The translations under genes were made by a program, and so were the position numbers. The notes under the pieces were generated by a model. It did no database searches. It was given only the letters and a program-made list of their open reading frames with translations, and was not told the origin of the DNA. This document shows positions 48,556 through 57,862 of a DNA stretch of 64,000 nucleotides, one piece after another (position 1 is the first letter of the stretch; each line of letters begins with the position of its first letter). This DNA comes from Dehalococcoidales bacterium (lineage in GTDB: Bacteria; Chloroflexota; Dehalococcoidia; Dehalococcoidales; UBA2162). The DNA lies in the NCBI GenBank assembly GCA_034416335.1, contig DAOULV010000018.1, forward strand, positions 38,788 through 102,787. Direction: 5' to 3'.

Positions 48556-49437
48556 ATGACTTGCGAACCCCAAAAAACTCTTTTCCAGATAGTAATTGGT
48601 GATTGTTTGCAACATCTCAGAGATGATGAAGTGAACGGTATTTCTTTGTCATTTGTCGACCCACCGTTTCGCCAAGGGAAAAGTTACAGGTTATTTGATG
48701 ATGACCTTCCGGAATGGAAGTACTGGGATTGGATGAAAGACGTGTTATTCGAGATTAATCGTGTGACGGTAGATGGTGGTGCGGTGTACTTTATGCAAAG
48801 AGAAAAAAATACCGAACAGGTACTTCAAGTTTTACGAGATACCGGATGGACTTATCAAAATCTTATAATATGGCAGAAGAAGACGTCTGCAGTACCTTGT
48901 ACATTTAGATACGCAAAGCACTATCAGATAATAGTATTTGCCACAAAGGGTAAAAAACCGAGAACTTTTAATAAACTGCGCATTGATTTACCTCTGTCGC
49001 CGGGACACAAGTATAATCGAGCCAACGGAGTGTACCTGACCGACGTTTGGAATGATATCAGAGAGTTAACCTCCGGTTATTTCGCAGGGAACGAGGCAAT
49101 TCGAGAATTAAACGGTGATAGGGCACATGTGCAGCAATCGCCGGTAGCTTTGTTACTCAGGATCATACTCTCGTCATCGATGCCCGGAGATGTCGTCCTC
49201 GATCCATTTGCAGGGACGGGCACTACACTCATTGTTTCCGAGCAATTGGGTCGAAAGTCGATAGGGATCGAAGTAGACTCAAAAAATGTAGATATTATTG
49301 AGCAGAGACTGAAGCAGATTAGACAGGCAGATGATGTTTCCAAATTGCGAGAATATTATCGATTTACCAAGAATCTATCTTCCGTATGGCCTGTGGTAGT
49401 GCAGCAAAGCGAAAAGGGACAGATGGCAAATGTTTGA
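48556..49437 (+). CDS. Beta-class DNA methyltransferase (N6-adenine or N4-cytosine)
   Basis: Start moved to the ATG preceded by GAGG. Motif IV FVDPPF near the N-terminus and motif I DPFAGTGTT near the C-terminus give the beta permutation. AT-rich. Confidence 0.85.
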   Translation: MTCEPQKTLFQIVIGDCLQHLRDDEVNGISLSFVDPPFRQGKSYRLFDDDLPEWKYWDWMKDVLFEINRVTVDGGAVYFMQREKNTEQVLQVLRDTGWTYQNLIIWQKKTSAVPCTFRYAKHYQIIVFATKGKKPRTFNKLRIDLPLSPGHKYNRANGVYLTDVWNDIRELTSGYFAGNEAIRELNGDRAHVQQSPVALLLRIILSSSMPGDVVLDPFAGTGTTLIVSEQLGRKSIGIEVDSKNVDIIEQRLKQIRQADDVSKLREYYRFTKNLSSVWPVVVQQSEKGQMANV

Positions 49438-50392
49438 ATTTATAGACGTGGCGGATTTCTATATATCGTTAATTAATAATCTAAAAAAGGGTACGGTTAC
49501 CCTTGAGTCTTCGCTGGACAGGATAGTTCTCGGTGTATATTTTGAGCAACTTGCCTATGTGGATAATCGTAAAGAAGCGAAGAATAAGGGGTATGACTTC
49601 TGGAAAGGAATTGATATTGCTTCGTTATCCGGGAAAGCCATAGGTAAAAACCAACTCTACTCCGAATCGCAGAAGTTCCCCGATTTTGTATTCAGAGCTA
49701 GAGAGTACGATGGAAAACTTGTATGTGGCAGTTTGCTTGAAACAAAAGATACTGGTGGCGGAAGTATATCTTCGTTCAATTCAACGATTCCAACCGGAAC
49801 AAAGAATATGAATGAAGTCGATGTAATCAACAATGGGGAAATAGTTTCAAAAATTGCATCCATAAAGGATGGAGAATTAGCTGAGAATACCGAATATTAT
49901 ACGTACCAGCGAAAATGTTTTTATTTAATAAGAACTCATCGAGGAAGTGATAAGACAAAAACATCTCTGATAGACGGCTCGTTTTTTGAGACTGTTCCTA
50001 AAAATTATCTGATTTCCCAGATGTTCATTAATATTCTGGAAAAGCATCGTAGTAATAAAAAGTTAGATATCTCGGCAGAGAAATTCGACGAAGTAAAGAA
50101 ATTGTTAGCCCAGGTTACTGACCAAACAATTATTGCAGGCTCACAGTCTATAGACAAAGCATCGGTTAAACCAAGACTAAGGATAATGGCTGAAGTCAAT
50201 CCCGAAGGTAATCCTCATAGTCAGCATTACCCTGAAATTAAGAGTAATGCGGTTAATTTTATATTGCCTGATAAAATGAGTACAAAAGAACTGCAGTCTC
50301 ACTTAACTGATAATGTGCCCGAACTCTCTCAATTCACATTGCAGCATAAGCGTAACGGAAAATACATAGTATTTGAGTATAAAGCTGGGTAA
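49430..50392 (+). CDS. Putative Type II restriction endonuclease (PD-ExK)
   Basis: 320 aa. The start overlaps the MTase stop (ATGTTTGA). Candidate catalytic motif FPDF...(x22)...LLETKD. AT-rich. Confidence 0.6.
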   Translation: MFEFIDVADFYISLINNLKKGTVTLESSLDRIVLGVYFEQLAYVDNRKEAKNKGYDFWKGIDIASLSGKAIGKNQLYSESQKFPDFVFRAREYDGKLVCGSLLETKDTGGGSISSFNSTIPTGTKNMNEVDVINNGEIVSKIASIKDGELAENTEYYTYQRKCFYLIRTHRGSDKTKTSLIDGSFFETVPKNYLISQMFINILEKHRSNKKLDISAEKFDEVKKLLAQVTDQTIIAGSQSIDKASVKPRLRIMAEVNPEGNPHSQHYPEIKSNAVNFILPDKMSTKELQSHLTDNVPELSQFTLQHKRNGKYIVFEYKAG

Positions 50393-50410
50393 GGTTTATT
50401 GACGTCTGTT

Positions 50411-52147
50411 ATGCCTATCAGAGTTCTCGACCATGAAATGGTGTCGCGTATTGCCGCCGGCGAGGTAATCGAAAGACCGGCTTCGGTGGTGAAGGAGCTG
50501 GTGGAGAACTCGCTGGACGCCGGATCTACCCAGATTTCGGTGGAAACATCCGGCGGGGGTATCGGCATGATACGCGTTACCGACAACGGCACCGGGATTC
50601 CATCGGACGAACTGGAGCTCGCTTTTCAGCGACATGCCACCAGCAAAGTGAGTAGTCCGGTCGACCTTGAATCGATCGGCAGTCTCGGTTTCCGAGGAGA
50701 AGCCCTTCCCAGCATTGCCGCGGTATCTAAGATAGAGGTCGTTACCTGTGCTGAAGGTGAGACGACCGGCAGCTTTCTGCTGCTTAATGAAGGAAACACC
50801 GTCGATTCCGGGAGTCGGGGAAGGTCGCAGGGGACAACTATCACCATCCGTGACCTGCTTCGGAACGTGCCGGCGCGACTGAAATTCCTGAAATCCACCT
50901 CGACCGAGAACAGCCACATCGCCAATGTTGTTACCCAGTACGCCCTTGCCTGCCCCGGCGTGAAATTCAGCCTGACGGTGGACAGCCGGAATACGCTGCG
51001 GACACCGGGTACGGGCGGGCTGTCCGACACTGTGCTGGAAATCTACGGGGCTGAAACAGCACGGAGCATGTGCAAACTGGGTGACGGCGAGGACGGGTGG
51101 AAATCCGATTCTGCGCAGTCTCCGGTCAGGGTCGACGGCATGGTGGGGTCTCCCTCAATCAGCCGGGCTAACCGCAATTATATGAGTTTCTTTGTCAACC
51201 GGCGCTGGATAAACAGTCGGGTGCTTTCCTACGCGGTCGAGGAAGCCTATCACGGAATGCTTATGCAGGGCAGGCATCCGATATCGGTGATAAACATCAC
51301 CGTTCCGCCGGGAGACGTGGACGTTAATATTCATCCGACCAAGACCGAGGTCAAGTTCAGGGACGACCGTCCTGTGTTCAGCGCCGTCCAGAAAGCGGTG
51401 CGACAGGCTGTCCTCGAGCAGTCACCCGTTCCCGCAATCGAAGAAGTTTCCCCCGATTACGGCGGGAAGCCGTCCCGGGAACAATCGTTGTTCAGTTCAC
51501 CTCCTCAACCAGTTCATCACGGTACCGGTCAATCTGCTACAGTGCCCCTGTCGGGTGAACGTTTCACTCCTTCACAGTCACTTCCGGCGCTGCGGCTGGT
51601 AGGCCAGGTTGCCGGCACGTATATAATCGGAGAGGGGCCTGAAGGACTTTACATTATCGACCAGCATGCCGCCCACGAAAGGATTCTGTTCGAGCAGATA
51701 CGTAAACAGAGCAGGCTGCACCAGGTGGAGGTCCAGGGGCTGCTGGAACCGGCGACCCTCGAGGTTTCTCCCGGGCAGGATGAAGTCCTTAAAACCTGTT
51801 ATTCCGAGCTGTCGGAATTCGGTTTTACCATCGAACCATTCGGCGACCGTTCCTACCTCGTCAGGGCGGTACCGGTAATGCTGAACGGTAAAGACTGGTC
51901 GGCAACACTGCGAGAGCTGCTGGACAGTACTGAAGCGGGGAAGGGTGCCGACTGGCGGGAAGAGCTGGCGATTTCCTTCGCCTGTCACGGAGCCATCAAG
52001 GCAGGTCAGGTGCTTACCGACGAGGAAATGCGGGAACTGCTGCGCCAGCTTGAGCAGACCGCCGCACCGAATACCTGCCCTCACGGCAGGCCGACTATCA
52101 TCCGACTGAGCACGTCCCAGCTTGAGAAAGAATTCCGCCGGACATAA
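50411..52147 (+). CDS. mutL: DNA mismatch repair protein MutL
   Basis: GHKL ATPase motifs are present (IAAGEVIERP, ELVENSLDAG) with a C-terminal dimerisation domain. Start set at the ATG (MPIRVL). Confidence 0.95.
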   Translation: MPIRVLDHEMVSRIAAGEVIERPASVVKELVENSLDAGSTQISVETSGGGIGMIRVTDNGTGIPSDELELAFQRHATSKVSSPVDLESIGSLGFRGEALPSIAAVSKIEVVTCAEGETTGSFLLLNEGNTVDSGSRGRSQGTTITIRDLLRNVPARLKFLKSTSTENSHIANVVTQYALACPGVKFSLTVDSRNTLRTPGTGGLSDTVLEIYGAETARSMCKLGDGEDGWKSDSAQSPVRVDGMVGSPSISRANRNYMSFFVNRRWINSRVLSYAVEEAYHGMLMQGRHPISVINITVPPGDVDVNIHPTKTEVKFRDDRPVFSAVQKAVRQAVLEQSPVPAIEEVSPDYGGKPSREQSLFSSPPQPVHHGTGQSATVPLSGERFTPSQSLPALRLVGQVAGTYIIGEGPEGLYIIDQHAAHERILFEQIRKQSRLHQVEVQGLLEPATLEVSPGQDEVLKTCYSELSEFGFTIEPFGDRSYLVRAVPVMLNGKDWSATLRELLDSTEAGKGADWREELAISFACHGAIKAGQVLTDEEMRELLRQLEQTAAPNTCPHGRPTIIRLSTSQLEKEFRRT

Positions 52148-52233
52148 ATATTATGTTTTAATTTATATATTTATAATATATTATTGATATTATATTACTT
52201 GACAACATATATTTTAAATGATATATATGAAAT

Positions 52234-52395
52234 ATGTCGTACAGAGTGGAAAAAACAGCCATATTTTTTCATTGCCTTCGTTGTGATTACGAATGGTATC
52301 CTAATGACCCTGATAAAGAACCAACGGCTTGTCCTAAGTGCCATAGTCCGTATTGGAACAAACCGAGAGTTAGGAAGATCCGCCAGCCGAAATAA
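52234..52395 (+). CDS. Small zinc-ribbon protein (53 aa), first gene of RM cassette 2
   Basis: ATG..TAA ORF below the track cut-off: MSYRVEKTAIFFHCLRCDYEWYPN..CPKCHSPYW (CxxC...CxxC). Preceded by TTGACA (52199-52204), 17 nt, then TATATA. Confidence 0.5.
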   Translation: MSYRVEKTAIFFHCLRCDYEWYPNDPDKEPTACPKCHSPYWNKPRVRKIRQPK

Positions 52396-52475
52396 ATTTT
52401 TAAATAACGTTGGTTATTTTTATGATAACGTGCTTGTTTGCTTTTAATAAGTTATTGATTTAGGGAGCGGAGTTG

Positions 52476-53351
52476 ATGACAATTTCAGAAAAGATGGTAA
52501 GTAATACTGGAGAAGGTATGGACACCGGTACTGTCAATGAAGTCGGCACCGATAACACTCCTTTACAGATTGACCGGATTTATTCTGGTGATTGTATAGA
52601 GTTGATGAAAAGAATTGATGCAGATAGTGTTGACTTGGTAGTTACGAGTCCACCATACGATAATCTCAGAAATTACAATGGTTTTTCGTTCACTTTCGAG
52701 CGGATAGTTGAAGGTCTGCATCGAGTAATGAAACCTACTGGGATTATAGTATGGGTGGTTGGTGACAAAATCGAAAACGGAAATAAAAGCCTCACTAGTT
52801 TCAGACAGGCGATTTATTTTCAAGAGCATGGATTCAAGGTACATGATGTAATGATTTACGAAAAGAAGAATACTCCGTTTATGCGTTCAAATGCATACAC
52901 AAATTGCTATGAATTGATGATTATTTTAACCAAGAATAGACCCGAAACTTTCAATCCTCTCATGGTTGGAACTAAACGCAGAGGTTATGAAATGCTTCCG
53001 CATAATAAACTAGCCGATGGTATCAATAAAAAAAAGCTAGGTAAGCTAAAAGAGAATAAGGTCAGAAATAACGTTTGGCAATATGCAGTTGGTCTAGGGG
53101 GGACTACAAGAGATAAAATTGCCTTTGGCCATCCTGCCGTGTTCCCTGAGCGACTTGCAGAAGACCACATTTTGTCTTGGACGAATGAAGGTGACCTCGT
53201 TCTAGACCCTATGTGTGGAAGTGGGACAACCTGTAAGATGGCTTTTGTTAATAACCGCCATTATATTGGAATTGATATTAGTGAAGAGTATTGCGAGATA
53301 GCGAGAGAAAGACTTCGTACAACTTCACAAAGGTTACGAAGGCAGTTATGA
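52476..53351 (+). CDS. Beta-class DNA methyltransferase (SPPY type, N4-cytosine/N6-adenine)
   Basis: Motif IV TSPPY comes early and motif I DPMCGSGTT comes late. ATG after a GGGAGCGGAG RBS. Confidence 0.85.
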   Translation: MTISEKMVSNTGEGMDTGTVNEVGTDNTPLQIDRIYSGDCIELMKRIDADSVDLVVTSPPYDNLRNYNGFSFTFERIVEGLHRVMKPTGIIVWVVGDKIENGNKSLTSFRQAIYFQEHGFKVHDVMIYEKKNTPFMRSNAYTNCYELMIILTKNRPETFNPLMVGTKRRGYEMLPHNKLADGINKKKLGKLKENKVRNNVWQYAVGLGGTTRDKIAFGHPAVFPERLAEDHILSWTNEGDLVLDPMCGSGTTCKMAFVNNRHYIGIDISEEYCEIARERLRTTSQRLRRQL

Positions 53352-54266
53352 CGACAAGCGAAGACATAGGTTACACGGAATCGCCCGTAAATGGGACTGG
53401 AATAAAACGTTCTAGGACAACCAAGTTAATAAGGGCTTGGCAATTCGAACGCTCTTCGGCAACTCTAAAAGCTTTGGATGACGAATTAGGAAACACGGAC
53501 TATCCGGGATTATATCTGTTATTTGAAGGTGATAAGAAGGTATATATTGGTGAAGCAAAATCTATCTACAAGCGTCTCGATACACATAATAAGTCACCTG
53601 AGGACAAGATAAAAGATTGGGATACAGTACTTTGTTTTAGGTCGTCCGGCTACGCAGTCGGACTTTAACGATGAAGTTGTAAGAAAATCTTTAGAATTAT
53701 ATCTAATTGACCTCTTTAGAACTAATAAATATACAGTGGTTGCTCAAGGAGAGGTACAAAATCTGAATCCTTCTCAAAAACAACTCGTAGACTCGTTAAA
53801 AATCGAACTTCTCTATTTCTTCAGGAAGGCTAATCGTATTGAGAAGGACATCGAGAGCAGAGAAGAGCGTGAGATATTTTCTGATGAAGTCCGCAGTATT
53901 CTGAAAAAACACAATATAACTGTTAACCAATGGAAGGAAAAAGATGCCATTATCAATGGTGAAACGACTTTCGTCAGGCAGGGCAGCAAAAAATCAAAAG
54001 GCTATCAAATAACCATTCGTGGTGGAAAATCAGGCAGTTTTATAGATTGTTTAAAATCACGAAAAGGTCAATTACTAGTGCGAAGGGATGGGCTTCTATT
54101 GATTCCCTTGTCAAAGATTCGTGACATTATAAATGATGGCTCGGTATTAGAGCATGACACCGTTGATATCTGGATAAATTTTAAAGACGACAAGGTGTTC
54201 CTCAGCTATCGGTCAAATGATGAAGATGTAACTGAATATAGGGTATCTACAACTTCATCTTCGTAG
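53348..54266 (+). pseudogene. GIY-YIG-type restriction endonuclease, disrupted by a frameshift
   Basis: The first ORF (53348-53668) carries GLYLLFEGDKKVYIGEAKSIYKRLDTH (GIY-YIG). The reading frame continues in a second frame that is open from 53613 (..RKSLELYLIDLF.. to 54266). The shift lies in or near the T-rich tract ctttgtttt at about 53630-53640. Confidence 0.65.
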
Positions 54267-54426
54267 AAATAAAACTATTACTTTCGATACAATTTCCCTA
54301 CTTTTTATACAATATGAACTTTTAATGCAATTCCCCCTTCTATTCAGGACTTATTTTTAAGTGGGCGACCAGGTATTTCAGGTTGGGGTTCTGTTCGTCC
54401 GGGACTGGATAATCGCAGCCGGTTTA

Positions 54427-55407
54427 TCATGTGGATTCAACGGATAGTTCGGCCCTTTTCAGTATCCTGCAAGCCAGGAAAGTTATCCACGGCGACGGTT
54501 CTTTCTTCTGTCCGAAGCCCCATTCGCTCCAGGCTTTCCATATCGACTCCGGAGTAAAACGCTGGCGGGAATCGGCTTTCTCCCTGACTATATCCAGCAT
54601 TTCGTTCAGCCGCGGGTCATCCAGCGCCCGGGGAAACTCAGCCAGCACGTCCAGCGCGTGCAGGATATCATACCAGATAAGCGGTGCTTTCAGTTTCCTG
54701 AAATCGGTCCCCATCGCGAACAGGAAGGGTCGGCGTTCTTTACGCTGTTCCCATAATCCGAGAAGGGTTTCGATACCATTCCGGCAGACTTCACTTTCTC
54801 TCCATTCCGGTATTTCGTGTAGTGCCTTCAGTGAAATCAGGGTAGCATAAGGACAGGGATCATCTTTCCTGCCCGGCCCTTTGAACCTGCCCATCTCCGG
54901 TGATACCGCACAGGGCCAGCCGTTGTCTCGACCGTACCCGACCAGGTGGTCGACGGCACCTTCCATCCCGGGTACGGCTGCACCCATTTTCAGCAGGGAA
55001 TACAGGACTGACGGCGTATCGCACAGCATCCATACCCAAAGGTCCTCGCCGGAACCGCCGAAGCTGCGAGGGGTATTTGCCAGAATTTGAAAGATACCTT
55101 CCTCCGACCGGTGTGCGAGGATTCGGTCGATTACCCGATTCATCCCCGGGTCGTCGGCCTTGACTCCGATATCCGCCAGAAAAACGAGTTTATGTATCAT
55201 ATGGTTTGCGTCGTTATGGCGCTTCAGGGGGTGTCCTGGCCATTCGGAAAGCGAGGAAATCAACGACTTTACCTGCGGGTGATCGAGCATCGATTTTCTG
55301 GCCGCCGCAACCTCCGGTGAGTCTTCCGGCTGTTCCAGCAGGTCTATCCGGGTGCGGTATTCCACCCAGGGAGGGCTTTCCAGCAGCCACCGGAATGGTT
55401 CGTTCAT
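54427..55407 (-). CDS. Hypothetical protein, possibly alpha/alpha-toroid (prenyltransferase/terpene-cyclase-like) fold
   Basis: 326 aa, Trp-rich and helical. No firm motif. Confidence 0.5.
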   Translation of the reverse strand: MNEPFRWLLESPPWVEYRTRIDLLEQPEDSPEVAAARKSMLDHPQVKSLISSLSEWPGHPLKRHNDANHMIHKLVFLADIGVKADDPGMNRVIDRILAHRSEEGIFQILANTPRSFGGSGEDLWVWMLCDTPSVLYSLLKMGAAVPGMEGAVDHLVGYGRDNGWPCAVSPEMGRFKGPGRKDDPCPYATLISLKALHEIPEWRESEVCRNGIETLLGLWEQRKERRPFLFAMGTDFRKLKAPLIWYDILHALDVLAEFPRALDDPRLNEMLDIVREKADSRQRFTPESIWKAWSEWGFGQKKEPSPWITFLACRILKRAELSVEST

Positions 55408-55461
55408 ATCGTTACCTCCGGCCGATTGTTTTCCAATTCCATATAGGAAAACGCAGCCCCG

Positions 55462-56100
55462 TTACTTCCTGAAGAATATCTTCAAGTTCTTTACCCGTTT
55501 CACGCCCTTGAGTGAGTTTGCCATTGCCATCAGGACGCTGGTGATTATATCACCGGGAAATGAGCTGAGCGTCATCAGTTCGTCATTGACATAAAATGAT
55601 AGATGACTATCCTGCGACTTTATGAATTCTTCCTCTATGAAATCGGCGATACTCCGCGGGTCGTCGATTGAGAACTGCCTCAGTCCGGTTTCCAGCGGTT
55701 CGTCTGTGGCTATGGCTACCAGGTTGATTATGTTTTCAAGGGGAGGTCCGACCTCCCGGCGGTGGACCTCTATCTTTGGATAAATGCCCTGCTTGAATCC
55801 TTCGGTTATTATGATGTCGTAGTCTTCGCCGAGCAGCCTGGCCATTTCCTCGACGGTCGAGCCGGACTTTACCGGCTTGATGAGGACGATACGCCTGTCG
55901 GAGCCGATAGCGGTAGCCCTGCTTCCCGCTTTAAGGTGCCGCCAGGTGTCCTTGCCGGGAGTGTCCAGGGTGGCTTCTTCGGAGGTATGCTTGATGGTGG
56001 CGACCCTGTATTTCCTCGATGTCAGTTCGCCGATAACCTTCTCTATCAGGGTGGTTTTACCGGAGTGCGAAATGCCGACAAACGATATTATTGCAGCCAT
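55462..56100 (-). CDS. mobB: Molybdopterin-guanine dinucleotide biosynthesis adapter MobB with C-terminal extension
   Basis: 212 aa. P-loop GISHSGKTTL and the MobB pattern IKH..., plus about 45 extra C-terminal residues. Confidence 0.8.
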   Translation of the reverse strand: MAAIISFVGISHSGKTTLIEKVIGELTSRKYRVATIKHTSEEATLDTPGKDTWRHLKAGSRATAIGSDRRIVLIKPVKSGSTVEEMARLLGEDYDIIITEGFKQGIYPKIEVHRREVGPPLENIINLVAIATDEPLETGLRQFSIDDPRSIADFIEEEFIKSQDSHLSFYVNDELMTLSSFPGDIITSVLMAMANSLKGVKRVKNLKIFFRK

Positions 56101-56130
56101 TGTATTTATCTCCTTGCCTTATGAGACGGG

Positions 56131-56793
56131 TCAGTACTTCCTCTCGCCGAATATGATACTACCTAATCTTACGATATTTGCGCCCTCTTCGACAGCTATC
56201 CGATACGAGTTCGTCATTCCCATCGAGAGGTATTTCATCTCCACGCCGGGGATGTCGAGCGACTTTACCCGCTCGAAGACCCGTTTCGTTTCGATAAAAT
56301 ACGGTCTTGCTTCTTCGGGGTCACCCACGGCCGGCCCCATCGTCATCAGTCCTGCTATCCGGATGTTTTCGCAGGCTGAAATCTCCCGGATAAGGCGTTC
56401 CGCGTCTTCCGGCATAATCCCGGCTTTTTGCGGTTCCCGACCGCTGTTGACCTCGATAAGCACCGGCATTACCTTTCCCGCCTGTTCGCTTCGCCTGTCG
56501 AGCAGGGCGGCTATTTCCGGGGAATCGACGGTCTCTATCAGGTCGAACAACTGCGCGGCTTTCTTTACCTTGTTCTTCTGGAGGTGTCCGATAAAGTGCC
56601 ATGCTGCCCGGCTGCCGACAATCTCATACGCTTTTTCCGCTTCCTGGATGTAGTTCTCGCCCAGGATTTTCACGCCGGCTTCCACGGCTTCCAGGATTTC
56701 TTCGGGCTGGCGCGACTTCACGGCGGCGACCAGTTCCACCCCGTCCGACAGTTCGTCCAGTATGCGTTTTACGTTTTCCGTAATCTGTGACAT
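56131..56793 (-). CDS. yggS: YggS/PLPBP family pyridoxal-phosphate homeostasis protein
   Basis: 220 aa. Contains LVAAVKSR (PLP Lys), GENYIQE, WHFIGHLQKNK and SMGMT motifs. Confidence 0.9.
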   Translation of the reverse strand: MSQITENVKRILDELSDGVELVAAVKSRQPEEILEAVEAGVKILGENYIQEAEKAYEIVGSRAAWHFIGHLQKNKVKKAAQLFDLIETVDSPEIAALLDRRSEQAGKVMPVLIEVNSGREPQKAGIMPEDAERLIREISACENIRIAGLMTMGPAVGDPEEARPYFIETKRVFERVKSLDIPGVEMKYLSMGMTNSYRIAVEEGANIVRLGSIIFGERKY

Positions 56794-57050
56794 TGAGCCT
56801 TTCCGTTACAGGATGATTCCAGTACTTAGTTTTAAACAGGTATACAAATGATTCCGCTCGCCCTGAGCCTGTCGAAGGGCGCCGTTATGGTTCAACAGGC
56901 TCACCACGAACGGCGCGCATAAGACGGAATAATTATACAACTAAGTACTAGCAGTATTATAGTATGTTTTTCATACCGGGAAAGCTTCTCTTGACTTGGA
57001 GGCGGCAATGTATGAAAATGTACCTGTTGCTGTTGAAGCACGGTGAAAAT

Positions 57051-57127
57051 CGGGGTGTAGCGCAGCCAGGTAGCGCACCTGAATGGGGTTCAGGTGGTCG
57101 GAGGTTCAAATCCTCTCACCCCGACCA
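57051..57127 (+). tRNA. tRNA-Pro (anticodon GGG), CCA encoded
   Basis: Cloverleaf read by hand. Acceptor CGGGGTG/CACCCCG, D arm GCGC-AGCCAGGTA-GCGC, anticodon stem CCTGA/TCAGG. The anticodon loop is A-T-GGG-G-T. T arm GGAGG-TTCAAAT-CCTCT, followed by ACCA. Confidence 0.9.
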
Positions 57128-57177
57128 GTAAATCAAGCTTGTATCTAGGGAGTATTTTATAGGCGCTGTCTCAGTCC

Positions 57178-57840
57178 TTAATCCGCTGGATGTTTAGGGT
57201 AGGCTTTACCATCACGAATTTCAATATAATTTACGACGGCCATTTCATCCAGCATCAGTGATACATTCAACTCATATATAGGCGGATATATCTCCTCCCG
57301 TTCGAATCTGCTGTATTTTTTCAGTATTTCATTAACCGTCATACCAGGTTGTTCTTTGACCTTATCCAGGATACTCATTGCGCGGTTATAGTGTGTGAGC
57401 ATGTCACCGCCGTTAGCAATATCGACCGGTTCACAAATAAAATAGGCACCCGTCCGTGTATCATCGCAGACAAAACCACGCTGTCTTTTTATCAGGTTTT
57501 CGGGGGGTTCGGCGGAGATACTTCTGAGATACTTCGGGTCAGCGCCTTCGGGGGCTTTTTTAAGGGGGCGAAAACCGACGCCGTCATACTTTTTCATACT
57601 CGGGTCACGGGCACTGAGGCCTGAATACAGATAAACCATCCGGTCATAGTCTCCCTGACCATAGAAAACGGTATTCCATATTACCGATGCCATATTTTTC
57701 AATAAGCCGTTGCAGATTTTTCCTTCGAATTTTTCACCGTCATAATAGAACTCATCACCAATTTTATAATCGAAATGACAGGGGAAATTATCAGGATCGC
57801 CCGTAAACGAGACCAGCTTGCATCTTACTTTAAACGGCAT
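57178..57840 (-). CDS. TIGR04076-like domain protein with C-terminal extension (AOR-associated paralogue 1)
   Basis: 220 aa. The N-terminal FKVRCKLVSF..FPCHFDYKIGDEFYYDGEKFEGKIC block is paralogous to 59804-60589. Confidence 0.6.
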   Translation of the reverse strand: MPFKVRCKLVSFTGDPDNFPCHFDYKIGDEFYYDGEKFEGKICNGLLKNMASVIWNTVFYGQGDYDRMVYLYSGLSARDPSMKKYDGVGFRPLKKAPEGADPKYLRSISAEPPENLIKRQRGFVCDDTRTGAYFICEPVDIANGGDMLTHYNRAMSILDKVKEQPGMTVNEILKKYSRFEREEIYPPIYELNVSLMLDEMAVVNYIEIRDGKAYPKHPAD

Positions 57841-57862
57841 ATCCAGTTTCCTCCTTGGTTTA

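Noticed and set aside
50396-50917. 173-aa minus-strand ORF and other ORFs antisense to mutL
   Set aside because: They are shadow ORFs opposite a confidently identified mutL.
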